A stretch of 64,000 nucleotides of DNA from Burkholderiales bacterium (GTDB lineage: Bacteria > Pseudomonadota > Gammaproteobacteria > Burkholderiales > SG8-39), in the NCBI GenBank assembly GCA_035702665.1, contig DASSQD010000035.1, positions 17,719 to 81,718 of the forward strand, given 5' to 3'. Position 1 is the stretch's first letter, and the number at the start of each line of letters is the position of its first letter. The position numbers were made by a program, and so were the translations under genes. Below the pieces are notes generated by a model. It had not been told where the DNA came from and did no database searches. It saw nothing but the letters and a program-made list of their open reading frames with translations. This document shows, piece by piece, positions 8,805 to 16,732 of this stretch.

Positions 8805-10141
8805 GGCGCGGGTGGTTGCCGGCGCTCGTCGCTGTTGCCGCCTACCTGCCATCTCTTGCCGGTGTGTTCCAGTTCGACGACTACAACGTCATCGTCAACG
8901 CCCCGAGCGTGCATTCCTGGCACGCGCTTCTCGGGAACCTCGGGATACGGCCGCTGCTGAAGGCAAGCTACACGCTGAACTGGACGCTGGGCCCGGGAGA
9001 GTTTGGCTTTCACCTGCTCAATATCGCGGCGCACGCGATCAATTCCGCGCTGCTCTACGCGGTCGGGTCGACGCTGTGCGCGCGCTGGTTCGACGAAGGC
9101 GGATCGGACCGGTCCCGCGGAGTGGCGCTGGCCGCGGCGCTGCTCTTCGCGCTGCATCCGGCGCAGACGGAAGCGGTGACGTACATCAGCGGGCGCTCGT
9201 CTTCGCTGATGGCGAGTTTCTATCTCGCAGCGCTGCTCGCGTATCTTCGCGGCGGGCACCGCGCGGTGTCGACGCTGCTGTTCTTGCTCGCCCTGGCCAC
9301 GCGCGAGACCGCGGCGACTCTTCCTGCGGCGCTGCTCTTGTGCGAGGCCTGCGGACGGGACCTGCGGCGCTGGAGGACATTCTTGATCGAGGTGGCGCGC
9401 CGGCAGTGGACGCACTGGGCTGCGCTCGCCGGGGCCGCGATCGTCGCGATGCTGCATCCACGCTATGTCGAACTGCTGAGCTTCGGCTTCACGCAGCGGG
9501 ACGCGTGGAGCAACCTCCTCACCCAGGTGAGCGGCGTCTCGTATCTCGTCTGGCGGCTGGTCGCGCTGCGGGGATACAACATCGACCCCGCGCTGACGCC
9601 GGTCGTCGAATGGGATGCGGTGCTGGTGGCGCAGGCGGCGCTGCTCGCCGCTCTGCTGGCGCTCGGCGTCGCCAGCGTTCGCTCGCGCCCTTGGATCGGA
9701 TTCGGCGTGCTGTGGTTCTTCCTGCAGCTCGCGCCGACGAACTCGATCGTGCCGCGCCTGGATGCCGTCAACGACCGCCAGCTGTACCTCGCCGGCTGGG
9801 GGCTGTTCCTCGCCCTCGTCGCTCAGGTCTCGTGCCTGCGTCTGCCGCCCGTGCCGGCGCGCGCGGGGCTCGCAATATTGTTCGGCTTATGCGCGCTGTC
9901 TTGCATTGCGCGGCAGCTTGACTACGTGAGTGAAATCGCTCTGTGGGAGGCGAGCGTGCGCGAGGCTCCGTGGAATCCTCGCGCGCACAACAATCTGGGA
10001 TACGCATACCATCTGGCCGGCCGAATCGACGACGCGGATCGCGAGTATCGCTCCGCGCTCATTCTGCGGCCCGGCTACGCGAAGGCACGCTTCAATCTCG
10101 AGGCGGCCGAGCGGGACCGCGAGCTCGCGCCACCGCAGTGA
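8801..10141 (+). CDS. TMTC-like polytopic membrane protein (GT-C/PMT-like N-terminal domain plus C-terminal TPR repeats), paralog 1
   Basis: The ATG at 8801 overlaps the dacA-like stop (ATGA). MRRGWLPALVAVAAYLPSLAGVFQFDDYNVIVNAP has the acidic FDD motif after TM1. Multiple TM segments. C-terminal TPR (AHNNLGYAYHLAGRIDDADREYRSALILRPGYAKARFNL). Confidence 0.6.
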   Translation: MRRGWLPALVAVAAYLPSLAGVFQFDDYNVIVNAPSVHSWHALLGNLGIRPLLKASYTLNWTLGPGEFGFHLLNIAAHAINSALLYAVGSTLCARWFDEGGSDRSRGVALAAALLFALHPAQTEAVTYISGRSSSLMASFYLAALLAYLRGGHRAVSTLLFLLALATRETAATLPAALLLCEACGRDLRRWRTFLIEVARRQWTHWAALAGAAIVAMLHPRYVELLSFGFTQRDAWSNLLTQVSGVSYLVWRLVALRGYNIDPALTPVVEWDAVLVAQAALLAALLALGVASVRSRPWIGFGVLWFFLQLAPTNSIVPRLDAVNDRQLYLAGWGLFLALVAQVSCLRLPPVPARAGLAILFGLCALSCIARQLDYVSEIALWEASVREAPWNPRAHNNLGYAYHLAGRIDDADREYRSALILRPGYAKARFNLEAAERDRELAPPQ

Positions 10142-10166
10142 CCGCGCGCAACGCGGGGCAACCGTC

Positions 10167-10180
10167 TTGACTTCCGTCAA
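10167..10180. promoter_or_regulatory. Crp/Fnr-family box TTGAC-TTCC-GTCAA upstream of fhs
   Basis: Perfect palindrome. TATAGT at 10204-10209 starts 30.5 bp from the box centre. fhs ATG at 10256. Confidence 0.65.
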
Positions 10181-10255
10181 TGTCGCGGGAAATGTTCACA
10201 CCGTATAGTGCTCGTCCGAAGCGAAAGATCCCTCGGAATCCCCAAGGAGCTGCAG

Positions 10256-11926
10256 ATGCCGTCCGATATCGAAATCGCACAGAAAGCCAAGCTCGAGCGC
10301 ATATCCAAGATCGCGCTGTCGAAGCTCGGCATCCCCGAGGAGCATCTCGAGCCCTACGGTCACTACAAGGCGAAAGTCTCGCTCAAGTATCTCGACAGCC
10401 TGAAGGCACGGCCCAACGCGAAGCTGGTCCTGGTGACCGCGATCAGCCCGACGCCCGCGGGCGAGGGCAAGACCACCACCACGGTGGGCCTGGGCGACGC
10501 GCTCAACCACATCGGCAAGAAGGCGATGATCTGCCTGCGCGAACCCTCGCTCGGACCGGTGTTCGGAATGAAGGGCGGCGCCGCCGGCGGCGGCTACGCG
10601 CAGGTCGTCCCGATGGAGGACATCAACCTGCATTTCACGGGCGACTTCAACGCCATCGCGCTCGCCAACAATCTGCTCGCTGCGATGATCGACAACCACA
10701 TCCATCACGGCAACGAGCTCGGGATCGACGTGCGCCGCATCACCTGGAAGCGCGTCGTCGACATGAACGACCGCGCGCTGCGCGACATCACCGTCAGCCT
10801 GGGCGGCCCGGGCAACGGCTACCCGCGCCAGGACGGGTTCGACATCGTCGTCGCCTCGGAGGTCATGGCGATCTTCTGCCTGTCGACCTCGCTCGACGAT
10901 CTGAAGGAGCGCCTGGGCAAGATCGTCGTCGGCTACACGCGCGAACAGAAGCCGGTCCTCGCCCGCGACCTGCAGGCGCACGGCGCGATGACGGTGCTGC
11001 TGAAGGACGCGATCCAGCCCAATCTGGTGCAGACGCTCGAGAACAATCCGGCGTTCATCCACGGCGGGCCCTTCGCCAACATCGCGCACGGGTGCAACTC
11101 GGTGATCGCGACGAAATCGGCGATGAAGCTCGTCGACTACGTGGTCACCGAGGCGGGTTTCGGCGCCGACCTAGGCGCAGAGAAATTCATCGACATCAAG
11201 TGCCGGAAGTCGGGGCTGCGCCCTTCGGCCGCGGTGATCGTGGCGACCGTGCGCGCGATGAAGTACCACGGCGGCGCGGATCTCAAGACCATCACCCAGG
11301 AGAACCTGGAAGCGCTGGAGAAGGGCATCACCAATCTCGAGCGCCACGTCGAGAACGTGCAAAAGAACTACGGCATTCCCTGCGTGGTCTCGATCAACCG
11401 CTTCACGCACGACACGCCGGCGGAGCTCGACCTGCTCAAGTCGCGCATCGCGAAGCTCGGCGCCAAGGTGGTGCTCGCGACGCACTGGGGTGACGGCGGC
11501 AAGGGCGCGGCGGAGCTGGCGCGCATCGTCGTCGACCTGTGCGAGCAGAAGAACGACTTCCAGTTCGTGTACGACGACAAGGACGCGCTCTGGGACAAGA
11601 TCAACAAGATCGCGAAGAAAATCTACCGCGCGAGCGAGGTCACCGCGGATGCCAAGGTGCGCGGCCAGATCAAGAAGCTGCAGGAGGACGGCTACGGGAA
11701 CTACCCGGTGTGCGTCGCGAAGACGCAGTACTCGTTCTCGACCGACCCGCAGTTGCGCGCGGCGCCCTCGAACCATGTGGTGAACATACGGGAGGTGCGC
11801 CTTGCCGCGGGCGCCGAGTTCATCGTGATGGTCTGCGGCGACATCATGACGATGCCGGGATTGCCCAAGGTCCCCTCGTCGGTCAAGATCGACCTGGTCG
11901 ACGGCAAGGTGGTCGGGCTGTTCTGA
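10256..11926 (+). CDS. fhs: Formate--tetrahydrofolate ligase
   Basis: [16 protein letters not shown]..., [16 protein letters not shown]-loop, about 556 aa, conserved throughout. AAGGAG RBS at 10244-10249. The track ORF start at 10208 is an upstream extension. Confidence 0.95.
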   Translation: MPSDIEIAQKAKLERISKIALSKLGIPEEHLEPYGHYKAKVSLKYLDSLKARPNAKLVLVTAISPTPAGEGKTTTTVGLGDALNHIGKKAMICLREPSLGPVFGMKGGAAGGGYAQVVPMEDINLHFTGDFNAIALANNLLAAMIDNHIHHGNELGIDVRRITWKRVVDMNDRALRDITVSLGGPGNGYPRQDGFDIVVASEVMAIFCLSTSLDDLKERLGKIVVGYTREQKPVLARDLQAHGAMTVLLKDAIQPNLVQTLENNPAFIHGGPFANIAHGCNSVIATKSAMKLVDYVVTEAGFGADLGAEKFIDIKCRKSGLRPSAAVIVATVRAMKYHGGADLKTITQENLEALEKGITNLERHVENVQKNYGIPCVVSINRFTHDTPAELDLLKSRIAKLGAKVVLATHWGDGGKGAAELARIVVDLCEQKNDFQFVYDDKDALWDKINKIAKKIYRASEVTADAKVRGQIKKLQEDGYGNYPVCVAKTQYSFSTDPQLRAAPSNHVVNIREVRLAAGAEFIVMVCGDIMTMPGLPKVPSSVKIDLVDGKVVGLF

Positions 11927-11975
11927 CCGGGCGCAGCGCGGGCAGGCCGGCTGGCGCGGGAGGAGCGTTCGCTGG

Positions 11976-12674
11976 ATGGAAGAGTTTCTGACGGCGCAGT
12001 TCTGGCTGGGACTCGGGACGATCGTCTGGGTCAACGTCATCCTTTCCGGCGACAACGCGGTCGTTATCGCGCTCGCCGCCCGGTCCCTTCCGGAGCCCCA
12101 GCGCAGACAGGCGGTGCTGTGGGGCGCCGGTGCGGCCGTGGTGCTGCGGATCGTCCTCACCGTCGTCGCCGTCAAGCTGCTCGAGCTGCCGTATCTCAAG
12201 CTGATCGGCGCCGTGCTGCTCCTCTGGATCGCCGTGCAGCTGCTGGTTCCCGAGGACGAGAGCGGCGAGGACGACGCGCACTCCAGCGCCCATCTGCTGG
12301 GGGCGATCAAGACCATCCTGATCGCGGATCTGGTCATGAGCGTGGACAACGTTCTCGCCGTGGCCGCGGCCGCGAAGGGGAGCTTTCTGCTGCTCGTCAT
12401 CGGCCTGGCGATCAGCATCCCGCTGGTGGTATTCGGCGCCACCATGCTCATGGGGCTGATGGAGCGATACCCACTGATCGTAACGCTGGGTGCCGCGATT
12501 CTCGGGTGGACCGCCGGGGACATGGGGGTCACCGACCCAGCGCTCGCTCATTGGATCGTGACCAACATGCAATGGATACGCACCTTCGAGGTCGTGCCCT
12601 CGCTCGGCGCCGTGGCGGTGGTCGCCGTCGGCAAGTGGCTCGCCGGGCGCAAGCGGCGAGCGCCGCCGGCCTAG
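11976..12674 (+). CDS. TerC/YjbE-family integral membrane protein
   Basis: 232 aa. GTIVWVNVILSGDNAVVIAL and a second ADLVMSVDNVLAVA repeat are typical of the TerC family. Confidence 0.75.
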   Translation: MEEFLTAQFWLGLGTIVWVNVILSGDNAVVIALAARSLPEPQRRQAVLWGAGAAVVLRIVLTVVAVKLLELPYLKLIGAVLLLWIAVQLLVPEDESGEDDAHSSAHLLGAIKTILIADLVMSVDNVLAVAAAAKGSFLLLVIGLAISIPLVVFGATMLMGLMERYPLIVTLGAAILGWTAGDMGVTDPALAHWIVTNMQWIRTFEVVPSLGAVAVVAVGKWLAGRKRRAPPA

Positions 12675-12698
12675 GGTGGGGCGGACATCGGCTCAGAC

Positions 12699-12712
12699 TT
12701 GATTCCAATCAA
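12699..12712. promoter_or_regulatory. Crp/Fnr-family box TTGAT-TCCA-ATCAA (exact FNR consensus) upstream of tctCBA
   Basis: Perfect palindrome, extended to CTTGAT...ATCAAG. TGgTAATAAT at 12731-12740 supplies a -10 element about 29.5 bp from the box centre. Confidence 0.65.
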
Positions 12713-12866
12713 GAGTGCTTCCGGTATTTCTGGTAATAATGGTCCCGCTGTGCGAGGTCGAGGTCGCCGACGCGGTCCGGCAGGTGCGGGGCCGCGCAAT
12801 ATAAAATGTCACAGGCGAGGCATGGGGCCGACGCGGAAAGGGACGCAAGTTCCAAAGGAGAGAGAG

Positions 12867-13868
12867 ATGCCGTTCGATACCTATCGTGTGAGAGTTCTGT
12901 TGCTGGCTGCGATTGGCGCGGCCGTTCCCGGCGCGACGTTCGCGGCCTGGGAGCCGACGAAAACGGTGGAATTCATCGTGCCCGCCGGAACGGGCGGCGG
13001 CGCCGATCAGATGGCACGCTTCATCCAGGGCATCGTCGCCAAGCATAAGCTGATGAAGCAGCCGATGGTCGTCATCAACAAGGCGGGCGGCGCGGGCGCC
13101 GAAGGCTTCCTCGACGTCAAGGACGCCAAGGGCGACGCGCACAAGCTCATCATCACGCTGTCCAACCTGTTCACCACCCCGCTCGCCACCCACACGCCGT
13201 TCAACTGGCGCGATCTCACGCCGGTGCAGATGATGGCGCTGGACAATTTCGTCCTCTGGGTGAACGCCGAGACCCCGTACAAGACTCCGAAGGAATACGT
13301 CGACGCGGTGAAGGCGGGAGGCGGCAAGTTCAAGATGGGCGGCACCGGATCCAAGCAGGAAGACCAGATCATCACCGTGGCCATCGAGAAGCAGACGGGC
13401 GCGAAGTTCACCTATATCTCGTACCGCGGCGGCGGCGAGGTGGCGGTGCAGCTCGTTGGCAAGCACATCGATTCGACGGTCAACAATCCGATCGAAGCGG
13501 TGGCGCAGTGGCGCGCCGGAACCCTGCGGCCGCTGTGCGTGTTCGACTCGAAGCGCATGCCGTACAAGACCTTGGTCACCAAGACGATGTCCTGGTACGA
13601 CATTCCCACCTGCAAGGAGAAAGGTCTCGACGTCGAGTACCTGATGCTGCGCGGGATCTTCATGGCTGGCGGCGTGACCGCCGATCAGGTCCAGTACTAC
13701 GTCGACCTCATGAAGAAGGTGCGCGAGACGCCCGAGTGGAAGGACTTTCTCGAGCAGGGCGCGTTCAACCAGACCACATTGAACGGCAAAGATTACGAAG
13801 CCTGGGTCGCGCACGAAGAAGCCCGGCACATGCTCCTCATGAAGGAAGCGGGGTTCCTCGCGAAGTAG
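12867..13868 (+). CDS. tctC: Tripartite tricarboxylate transporter substrate-binding protein (TctC/Bug family)
   Basis: MPFDTYRVRVLLLAAIGAAVPGATFA signal peptide, then EPTKTVEFIVPAGTGGGADQMARF, the Bug-family hallmark. AAGGAG RBS. The track start at 12699 is an extension. Confidence 0.85.
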   Translation: MPFDTYRVRVLLLAAIGAAVPGATFAAWEPTKTVEFIVPAGTGGGADQMARFIQGIVAKHKLMKQPMVVINKAGGAGAEGFLDVKDAKGDAHKLIITLSNLFTTPLATHTPFNWRDLTPVQMMALDNFVLWVNAETPYKTPKEYVDAVKAGGGKFKMGGTGSKQEDQIITVAIEKQTGAKFTYISYRGGGEVAVQLVGKHIDSTVNNPIEAVAQWRAGTLRPLCVFDSKRMPYKTLVTKTMSWYDIPTCKEKGLDVEYLMLRGIFMAGGVTADQVQYYVDLMKKVRETPEWKDFLEQGAFNQTTLNGKDYEAWVAHEEARHMLLMKEAGFLAK

Positions 13869-13869
13869 C

Positions 13870-14433
13870 TTGTCGCGCGGGCGTGCTCCGCGCGCACCGG
13901 GCCGGCGGGCAGATCGAGGGGGCGAGGGCGTGGAAAACGGTACGGATCGTTCGGCGGCGTCGGCGCGCGCGGTTGAAATCGGCGTCGCGGCGGTGATCCT
14001 GCTTTTCGGTCTGGTGGTCGCGGTGGACAGCCTTCGGCTGGGCGCGAGATGGGGGGAGGACGGGCCGATGCCTGGATATTTCCCCTTCTACGTCGGCCTG
14101 CTCATCTGCTTCTCCAGCGCGATGGTTCTCGTGCGGGGAATACGAAACCGCGCGCTCGCCCGGGAATCCTTTGTGTCGCGCGGCGAGCTGGGGAAGATCC
14201 TGGTGGTCCTGGTGCCCTCGATCGTCTACGTCGGAATCATCGCTTACCTGGGCTTCTATGTGGCCTCGGTGCTGTTCATCGCGTACTTCATGCGGCGGCT
14301 GGGCAAGTATTCGTGGCTCATGGTCGTGCCCGTTTCGGTCGGCGTGATCGTGGCCTTCTTCCTCACATTCGAAATCTGGTTCGCGGTTCCCCTGCCCAAG
14401 GGGCCCCTTGAAGCCGCGCTTGGCCTAGGCTGA
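13870..14433 (+). CDS. tctB: Tripartite tricarboxylate transporter TctB small membrane subunit (start uncertain; GTG at 13930 is an alternative)
   Basis: Four TM segments. GPMPGYFPFYVGLL motif. Located between tctC and tctA. Confidence 0.7.
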   Translation: MSRGRAPRAPGRRADRGGEGVENGTDRSAASARAVEIGVAAVILLFGLVVAVDSLRLGARWGEDGPMPGYFPFYVGLLICFSSAMVLVRGIRNRALARESFVSRGELGKILVVLVPSIVYVGIIAYLGFYVASVLFIAYFMRRLGKYSWLMVVPVSVGVIVAFFLTFEIWFAVPLPKGPLEAALGLG

Positions 14434-14470
14434 GATCCGGCGAGGCGCGCAGCGGGCAAGGAGGAGCCTG

Positions 14471-15988
14471 GTGGAAGAAATCAACGCGTTGCTGCAGGGC
14501 TTCGGGGTCGCGCTGTCGCCCTTCAACCTGCTGCTGATGTTCGTGGGCGTCGTTCTCGGCATCATCATCGGAGTGCTGCCCGGCCTGGGCGGGGCCAATG
14601 GCGTCGCCATCCTGCTGCCGCTCACGTTCTCCATGTCGCAGCAGCCTGGCGGGACCACTTCCGCGATCATCCTTCTTTCCTGCATCTACTGGGGCGCGCT
14701 TTTCGGCGGGGCGATCACTTCCATCCTGTTCAACATCCCCGGCGAGCCGTGGTCGGTCGCGACGACGTTCGATGGCTATCCGCTCGCGCAGAAAGGGCGC
14801 GCGGGCAGCGCGCTGACCGCGGCGTTCACATCGTCCTTCTTCGGCGCCTTCATCGCCGTGGTCATGATCACGTTCCTGTCGCCGGTCGTCGCGAAGTTCG
14901 CGCTCGAGTTCGGGCCGCCGGAGTTTTTTTCGGTCTATCTGCTCACCTTCTGCGCCTTCGTGGGAATGAGCAGCGGCAACGCGTTCAAGACGATTTCCTC
15001 GATGATGATCGGTTTCGCTCTCGCCGCCGTGGGCCTGGACAGCGTCACCGGGACGCTGCGACTGACGTTCGGATTCACCGTGCTGCTGAAGGGGTTCGAT
15101 TTCCTGATCGCCGTCATCGGGTTGTTCGGCATCGGCGAGATCCTGGAGACGCTCGAGGAAGGACTCGCCTTCAAGGGAGCCCAGGCCAAGATCAACGCCA
15201 AGGTGGTGCTGGAGACCTGGAAGGAGCTGCCGCGCTATTGGGCGACGTCGCTCCGCGCCGCCGCCGTGGGCTGCTTCATGGGGATCGTTCCGGGCGGCGC
15301 GACGCCGGCGTCCTTCATGAGTTACGGCCTGGCGCAGCGCCTGTCGAAGAACGGCTCGAGCTTCGGCACCGGAATCGTCGAGGGCGTGGTGGCGCCGGAA
15401 ACGGCGGCCCATGCCGCGGGAACCTCCGCGCTCTTGCCGATGATCACCCTGGGGGTTCCGGGGTCGCCCACCGCGGCGGTGCTGCTCGGAGGCCTGCTGA
15501 TCTGGGGGCTGCAGCCCGGGCCGCTGCTCTTCGTCGAGAAGCCTGATTTCGTGTGGGGCCTGATCGCCAGCATGTACCTGGGGAATATCGCGGGACTGAT
15601 CGTAGTGCTTACCTGCGTGCCCCTGTTCGCCGCGATCCTGAGGATTCCGTTCTCGATCATCGCGCCGGTGATCATCGTGATCTGCGCGATCGGCGCGTAC
15701 ACCGTGCACAACTCGATGTTCGACGTCTATCTGATGCTGATCTTCGGCGTGATCGGCTACGCGTTCAAGAAGCTCGGCTATCCCCTCGCGCCGATGGTGC
15801 TGGCCTTGGTCCTGGGCGATCGGGCGGAGGAGAACTTCCGCAACGCGATCAAGGGATCCCAGGGGGATCTGACGGTGTTCTTCTCCAATCCCCTCGTGGG
15901 AGGGCTGACGGGCCTCGCGCTCTGCCTGCTCTTCTGGCCGCTGCTCAGGGCGCTCTGGGGCGCGGTGTTGGGCAGACGCGCGGTCTAG
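14471..15988 (+). CDS. tctA: Tripartite tricarboxylate transporter TctA large permease
   Basis: 505 aa polytopic protein. VLPGLGGANGVAILLPLTF and GIVPGGATPASF are typical of TctA. AGGAGG RBS before the GTG start. Confidence 0.9.
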   Translation: MEEINALLQGFGVALSPFNLLLMFVGVVLGIIIGVLPGLGGANGVAILLPLTFSMSQQPGGTTSAIILLSCIYWGALFGGAITSILFNIPGEPWSVATTFDGYPLAQKGRAGSALTAAFTSSFFGAFIAVVMITFLSPVVAKFALEFGPPEFFSVYLLTFCAFVGMSSGNAFKTISSMMIGFALAAVGLDSVTGTLRLTFGFTVLLKGFDFLIAVIGLFGIGEILETLEEGLAFKGAQAKINAKVVLETWKELPRYWATSLRAAAVGCFMGIVPGGATPASFMSYGLAQRLSKNGSSFGTGIVEGVVAPETAAHAAGTSALLPMITLGVPGSPTAAVLLGGLLIWGLQPGPLLFVEKPDFVWGLIASMYLGNIAGLIVVLTCVPLFAAILRIPFSIIAPVIIVICAIGAYTVHNSMFDVYLMLIFGVIGYAFKKLGYPLAPMVLALVLGDRAEENFRNAIKGSQGDLTVFFSNPLVGGLTGLALCLLFWPLLRALWGAVLGRRAV

Positions 15989-16650
15989 GCGACGCGCTGC
16001 TTGAGCCGCGAGAGGGTCTCGGGCGTGAGGTTGAGGTAGGACGCCAGTTCTTTCTTGGGGATGCGCCCGATCAGGTCGGTGTGCTTGCGCATGAAGCGCG
16101 CGAGCCGGCCCGGAGCGTCGAGCAGGTGCAGAGTAATCGTGTGCGCCATGACCTCGGACATGAGGCGCATGACCTCGTGCTCGAAGCGGAGCTTCACTTC
16201 GGCGTGGCGCTCGAGGAACTCGACCCAATGAGGCATCGACAAGCGCGCGACCCGCACCTTGGTGACCGCGGCGATGCTGTACGGCATCGGGGTCTTCATG
16301 CGCCACGCCGCGTAGGAGGTGTCCATGTCGGTTTCGGCCGCGAAGCGCAGGATCATCTCCTTGCCCTGAGGATTGCTCACGACGCGCTTGAGTATCCCGT
16401 CCAGGATGAAGAACTGCTCCATGTTCGTGCCGCCCTGCCTGACCAGTGGCTCGCCCTTGCGGTACTCGGCGACCTCCAGCTGGGGCTCGAGGTCGTCCCA
16501 GGCGGCACCCGGCATTTCGCGCAGGATCAGGTTCTGCTTGAGCTGCAGCCGGATGGTATTGCGCTGCGGGTGATTGACGATCCCCGACACGGATAGCGGG
16601 TGCACGAACGGTGAGCCGGCAATTAAGCGGGATTTATTGACTACAGTCAA
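15985..16650 (-). CDS. Crp/Fnr-family transcriptional regulator (cNMP-binding-like effector domain plus C-terminal HTH). Start uncertain: TTG at 16650 or GTG at 16605.
   Basis: The beta-roll region contains EYRKGEPLVRQGG...FFILDGILKRVV. The C-terminal HTH is ELASYLNLTPETLSRLKQ, with the FNR-type E-x-x-S-R recognition motif. There is no N-terminal Cys cluster. Convergent with tctA and divergent from oxc. Confidence 0.8.
   Translation of the reverse strand: MTVVNKSRLIAGSPFVHPLSVSGIVNHPQRNTIRLQLKQNLILREMPGAAWDDLEPQLEVAEYRKGEPLVRQGGTNMEQFFILDGILKRVVSNPQGKEMILRFAAETDMDTSYAAWRMKTPMPYSIAAVTKVRVARLSMPHWVEFLERHAEVKLRFEHEVMRLMSEVMAHTITLHLLDAPGRLARFMRKHTDLIGRIPKKELASYLNLTPETLSRLKQRVA
16637..16650. promoter_or_regulatory. 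Crp/Fnr-family box TTGAC-TACA-GTCAA in the crp-like/oxc divergent region
   Basis: Perfect palindrome. TAGACT at 16673-16678 starts 29.5 bp from the box centre on the oxc side. The box overlaps the annotated TTG start of the regulator ORF, which favours the downstream GTG start and autoregulation. Confidence 0.65.
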
Positions 16651-16732
16651 GGTTGAGGTCGCAGTACGACCTTAGACTTTTCAAGTTTTGGGAGACCGCA
16701 GCGTGCGGTCCGGCCAACGCAAGGAGACCACC

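Noticed and set aside
11927-11975. Possible yybP-ykoY (Mn2+) riboswitch ahead of the TerC-family gene, or a THF riboswitch ahead of fhs (10142-10255)
   Set aside because: The fhs-terC spacer is only 49 nt, too short for that riboswitch. The fhs leader is better explained by the Crp/Fnr box, the -10 element and a leader of about 40 nt, and I could not see the conserved riboswitch cores.
12699-12866. N-terminal extensions offered by the ORF track (tctC from 12699, fhs from 10208, oxc from 16688, GT41 from 33448, pilin from 35953, moaC to 38878, bepA-like from 38613, ilvH from 54306)
   Set aside because: In each case an internal ATG preceded by a good Shine-Dalgarno gives the family-typical N-terminus (signal peptide, prepilin leader, etc.). 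The extensions are R/G/P-rich and would bury regulatory sites.
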